Source: Tepidiformaceae bacterium
GTDB lineage: Bacteria > Chloroflexota > Dehalococcoidia > Tepidiformales > Tepidiformaceae
Reading direction: 5' to 3'
NCBI GenBank assembly: GCA_965115905.1
Contig: OZ220489.1
Coordinates: 136,584 to 200,583 of the forward strand
Length of the DNA: 64,000 nt
In this document: positions 61,215 through 64,000 of the stretch, one piece after another
Layout of the letters: each line of letters begins with the position of its first letter
How positions within the stretch are numbered: the first letter of the stretch is position 1
The notes under the pieces: model-generated
Databases searched by the model: none
What the model was told of the DNA's origin: nothing
The model's input: the letters and a program-made list of their open reading frames with translations, nothing else
Position numbers and translations under genes: made by a program

Positions 61215-62396
61215 TCAGCCTGCGGGGGCGCGGGGTCCGAGGCTGGCGAGGTGGCGCTCGACGCTGTCGCGCATCTCGGCGAGGCTGTCGCCGCCGAACT
61301 TCTCGAGCCAGGCGTCGGCGAGCACGATGGCGACCATGGCCTCGGCGACGACGCCGGCGGCGGGGACGACGCAAACGTCGCTGCGTTCGTAGTGGGCGAG
61401 CACTTCCTCGCCGGTATGGAGGTCGACCGAGGGGAGGGGGTGGGCGAGGGTGGGGATGGGCTTGACGGCGGCGCGGACGACGATGTCCTCGCCGGTGCTG
61501 ATTCCCCCCTCGATGCCGCCGTGGCGGTTGGTGCCGTGGGCCCACGGGCGTTCGCCCCAATGGTCGGCGGGGAGGATGACGTCGTGGGTCTGGGAACCGC
61601 GCTGTTCGGTCGCATCGAAGCCGAGGCCAAACCCGACGCCCTTGAAGGCGTTGATGCTGCAGATGGCCTGGGCGATGCGGCCATCGAGCTTGCGGTCCCA
61701 GTGGACGTAGGAGCCGAGGCCGAGGGGGACGCCCGAGACGCGCACCTCGACCTGACCGCCGAGGGTATCGCCCGCGCTTTTGGCGGCGTCGATGGCGGCG
61801 ATCATGCGCCCGGAGGCGTCGGGATTGGCGCAGCGAACGGGGTCCGCCTCCACGGCGTCCCAATCGATGTCGCCAGTGTCAGCGGCGCGGGAACGCACGC
61901 CCCCGATGGCGAGCGTGTGACTGTGGAAGGAGAGGCCGAATTCGTCGAGGAGGCGCCTGGCGACGCCTGCGACGGCGACGCGGGCGGCGGTCTCGCGGGC
62001 GCTGGCGCGTTCGAGGACGTTGCGCACGTCATCGAAGCGGTACTTGACGGCGCCGGGGAGGTCGGCGTGGCCCGGGCGGAGACGGGTGACGCGTTCGATC
62101 TCGGCGTCGACGGGCGCGACCGCCATCTTCTCGGTCCAGTTAACCCAGTCGCGGTTCGTGATCCAGAGCGCGATTGGGGAGCCGAGAGTGAGGCCGTGGC
62201 GCACGCCGGCGGTGATCTCGGCGCGGTCCTTCTCGATTTTCATGCGGCCGCCGCGCCCATAGCCGCCCTGGCGGCGGGCCATGTCGCGGGCGATGTCATC
62301 CTCGGTGAGGGGCAGACCCGCGGGGATGCCCTCGATGAGGGCGGTGAGCCCCTGGCCGTGGCTCTCGCCGGCGGTGAGGAAGCGGAAGCGGCCCAT
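61215..62396 (-). CDS. aroC: Chorismate synthase
   Basis: 'FRFLTAGESHG', 'RRQGGYGRGGRMKIE', and 'ERSDVCVVPAAGVV'. Confidence 0.95.
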   Translation of the reverse strand: MGRFRFLTAGESHGQGLTALIEGIPAGLPLTEDDIARDMARRQGGYGRGGRMKIEKDRAEITAGVRHGLTLGSPIALWITNRDWVNWTEKMAVAPVDAEIERVTRLRPGHADLPGAVKYRFDDVRNVLERASARETAARVAVAGVARRLLDEFGLSFHSHTLAIGGVRSRAADTGDIDWDAVEADPVRCANPDASGRMIAAIDAAKSAGDTLGGQVEVRVSGVPLGLGSYVHWDRKLDGRIAQAICSINAFKGVGFGLGFDATEQRGSQTHDVILPADHWGERPWAHGTNRHGGIEGGISTGEDIVVRAAVKPIPTLAHPLPSVDLHTGEEVLAHYERSDVCVVPAAGVVAEAMVAIVLADAWLEKFGGDSLAEMRDSVERHLASLGPRAPAG

Positions 62397-63034
62397 CAGG
62401 AAGCCTGCCGATCGTCGTCTTCGTCCGCGCGGGGGATGGGGGGAAGGGCGATGGGGATGGCGCGCCCGTCCTCGGTGGGTTCGCAGACGGTCTCGAAGCG
62501 CGCGAGGATCCCGGCGGGGGCAAGCGCTTCCCAGTCAAGGCCGGCGACGTCGGCGCGGTGGGCGGTTGTGGTCAGGATCGGTTGCTGCAAGACGGCCCCA
62601 CCGTCCACGGTGAAGGTGGAGTACACATCCACGCGAATGCTCGAAAGGCTGATGTTGGGGACATCGTACAGCATCATCTCGACAAGCTTCGCGGCGAGGG
62701 CGCGGGCTTCGTCGAGGGTGGAGGTGACTTGTTCGCGGCGGCCCTCGATCGTGTGGAACTCACCCTCGGCGGATGACTGCACGACGGCGAAGTCAGCGAA
62801 GGCGACGGCCAACTCGGCGCGCTGGACGCCAGCCCAGAGAAAGGCGGGAACGTCACGGGGGGGGCGGGCGCAGCGCCAGGCGGCCAGCGTCTCGAGGATG
62901 AGCGCCTCGACAATCTCACGGTCGCCAGCGGCCACACGCCGGCGCCAGCTGCGCTGCTGGAACATCTCGGTGGAGATAACCCAGCCGATCAGGACGAAGA
63001 ACGCGAGTCCGAGAACAACGCCAAGGACGATCAT
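62396..63034 (-). CDS. Hypothetical membrane-anchored protein embedded in the shikimate operon
   Basis: ATG 63034 overlaps the aroE stop (ATGA) and its stop overlaps the aroC start. N-terminal TM 'MIVLGVVLGLAFFVLIGWVI'. No known motif. Confidence 0.55.
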   Translation of the reverse strand: MIVLGVVLGLAFFVLIGWVISTEMFQQRSWRRRVAAGDREIVEALILETLAAWRCARPPRDVPAFLWAGVQRAELAVAFADFAVVQSSAEGEFHTIEGRREQVTSTLDEARALAAKLVEMMLYDVPNISLSSIRVDVYSTFTVDGGAVLQQPILTTTAHRADVAGLDWEALAPAGILARFETVCEPTEDGRAIPIALPPIPRADEDDDRQAS

Positions 63035-63852
63035 GGCCGCTTCCCGCCGAGGGCCGCGCGGGCGGAGGCGCGCATGACGTCGAGCGGCGGCGGCTGGCCG
63101 GTCCAGAGCTCGAACGCGAGGGCGCCCTGATGGATGAGCATGGGCAGCCCGCCGAGAACGGGACGGTCTGCAGCGCGGGCGGCGCGGAGGAGGGGGGTCT
63201 CCTCGGGCGCGTAGACGATGTCGACGATGAGGGCGCCGGGGGCGGCGTCGGCGGGGGCGAAGGGGAGGACGGACTCCGCGCCGGAGCCGTGCATCCCGGC
63301 GGACGTGCAGTTCACGACGCAATCGTAGGGGGCGGGGGGCGCCTCGAAGGGAACGGCGCGGGCGCCGGCGGCTTCGGCGAGCGCTTCGGCGCGGGCGGCG
63401 GTCCGGTTCGAGATGGCGACGCGGGCGCCGGCGTGGCGGAGGGCGAAGGCGACGCCGCGGGCGGCGCCGCCCGCGCCCACCAGCAGGAAGCTCCTGTCCG
63501 CGGGCGAGAATCCGGCCTCCTCCAGGGCGGCGAGGAAGCCGCCGCCGTCTGTGTTGTGACCGCTGAGGCGGCCATGGTCGCTGACGATGGTATTGACGGC
63601 GCCGATCGCGGTCGCAAGGGGGGCGACCTCGTCGAGGAGGGGGAGGACGGCCTGCTTGTGGGGGATGGTGACGTTCGCGCCGAGGCAGTCGCGCTCGCGG
63701 AGGGAGGCGAGGCGATGGGGGAGGCGATCCGGGGGGGTCTCCCAGCGTTCATAGACAGCGTCGACGCCGGCGGCGCGGAGCGCGGCGCCCTGGATGACGG
63801 GCGAAAGCGAGTGCGCGACGGGAGAGCCAATAATGCCGAGGCGGGCGCTCAC
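63031..63852 (-). CDS. aroE: Shikimate dehydrogenase
   Basis: 'LGIIGSPVAHSLSPVIQ', 'GANVTIPHK', 'NTD', and 'LLVGAGGAARGVAFAL'. Confidence 0.9.
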   Translation of the reverse strand: MSARLGIIGSPVAHSLSPVIQGAALRAAGVDAVYERWETPPDRLPHRLASLRERDCLGANVTIPHKQAVLPLLDEVAPLATAIGAVNTIVSDHGRLSGHNTDGGGFLAALEEAGFSPADRSFLLVGAGGAARGVAFALRHAGARVAISNRTAARAEALAEAAGARAVPFEAPPAPYDCVVNCTSAGMHGSGAESVLPFAPADAAPGALIVDIVYAPEETPLLRAARAADRPVLGGLPMLIHQGALAFELWTGQPPPLDVMRASARAALGGKRP

Positions 63853-64000
63853 CGGTCGACCTTTTCACACCTGTTGGGGTTGTTGTGATCGTCGAAGGTG
63901 ACGGCGAAGCAATGGGAGCCGTCATCGCTGCGGGTGTCGACGGAGTAGAAGTAGTACTCCGTGTCCTCGGCGTACACGACGGCTTCGATGGCGGCGAGGC
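63849..64000 (-). CDS. 3' end of an upstream gene (partial, unknown function)
   Basis: My own translation of the minus strand gives '...LAAIEAVVYAEDTEYYFYSVDTRSDDGSHCFAVTFDDHNNPNRCEKVDR*' with high GC3. Its TGA overlaps the aroE GTG (GTGA). Confidence 0.35.
   Translation of the reverse strand, partial: LAAIEAVVYAEDTEYYFYSVDTRSDDGSHCFAVTFDDHNNPNRCEKVDR

Overview
This is a gene-dense 64-kb window from a high-GC bacterium, roughly two-thirds G+C by eye. It has GGAGG-type ribosome-binding sites and many 1-4 nt start/stop overlaps (ATGA, GTGA, TGATG). I support about 60 CDS and found no rRNA, tRNA, CRISPR array or transposase by eye. Many long ORFs in the track are antisense or out-of-frame shadows typical of high GC, and several starts were re-assigned.

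Content, left to right:
- 1-8.0 kb: a compositionally patchy restriction-modification island. res is followed by mod, with two low-GC small ORFs and a PD-(D/E)xK-like ORF.
- 8-32 kb: mostly accessory metabolism. It includes family III CoA-transferases, a crotonase, an SDR, a HAD dehalogenase, a thiolase plus DUF35 pair, NAT, MOSC and a single-chain acyl-CoA carboxylase. It also holds an Anbu-type proteasome-homolog operon (cpATP-grasp / alpha-E / Anbu) and two paralogous secreted proteins built on an unassigned ~52-aa repeat.
- 32-36.7 kb: tandemly duplicated membrane-anchored HExxH proteins, a peroxiredoxin-like gene with an in-frame TGA at the active-site Cys (candidate selenoprotein with an fdhF-like hairpin), and a BacNaV channel with a Ca-type filter.
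- 36.7-50 kb: two more CoA-transferases, nadA, a halogenase-like flavoenzyme fused to a PqqD-like domain, an LLM oxidoreductase, and a large RCC1/FN3 surface protein preceded by a G17 tract.
- 50-64 kb: a housekeeping block of xseBA, efp, pepP, aroQ, xerC, topA, tgt, aroK-aroB, aroC and aroE.

The observations I rate highest are:
- the candidate Sec-containing Prx-like gene;
- the two long homopolymer tracts (G14 inside mod, G17 upstream of the RCC1 gene);
- the halogenase-RRE fusion;
- the new repeat family;
- the Anbu operon without a transglutaminase.

All functional calls rest on motif recognition from the translated ORFs. No database search was run.
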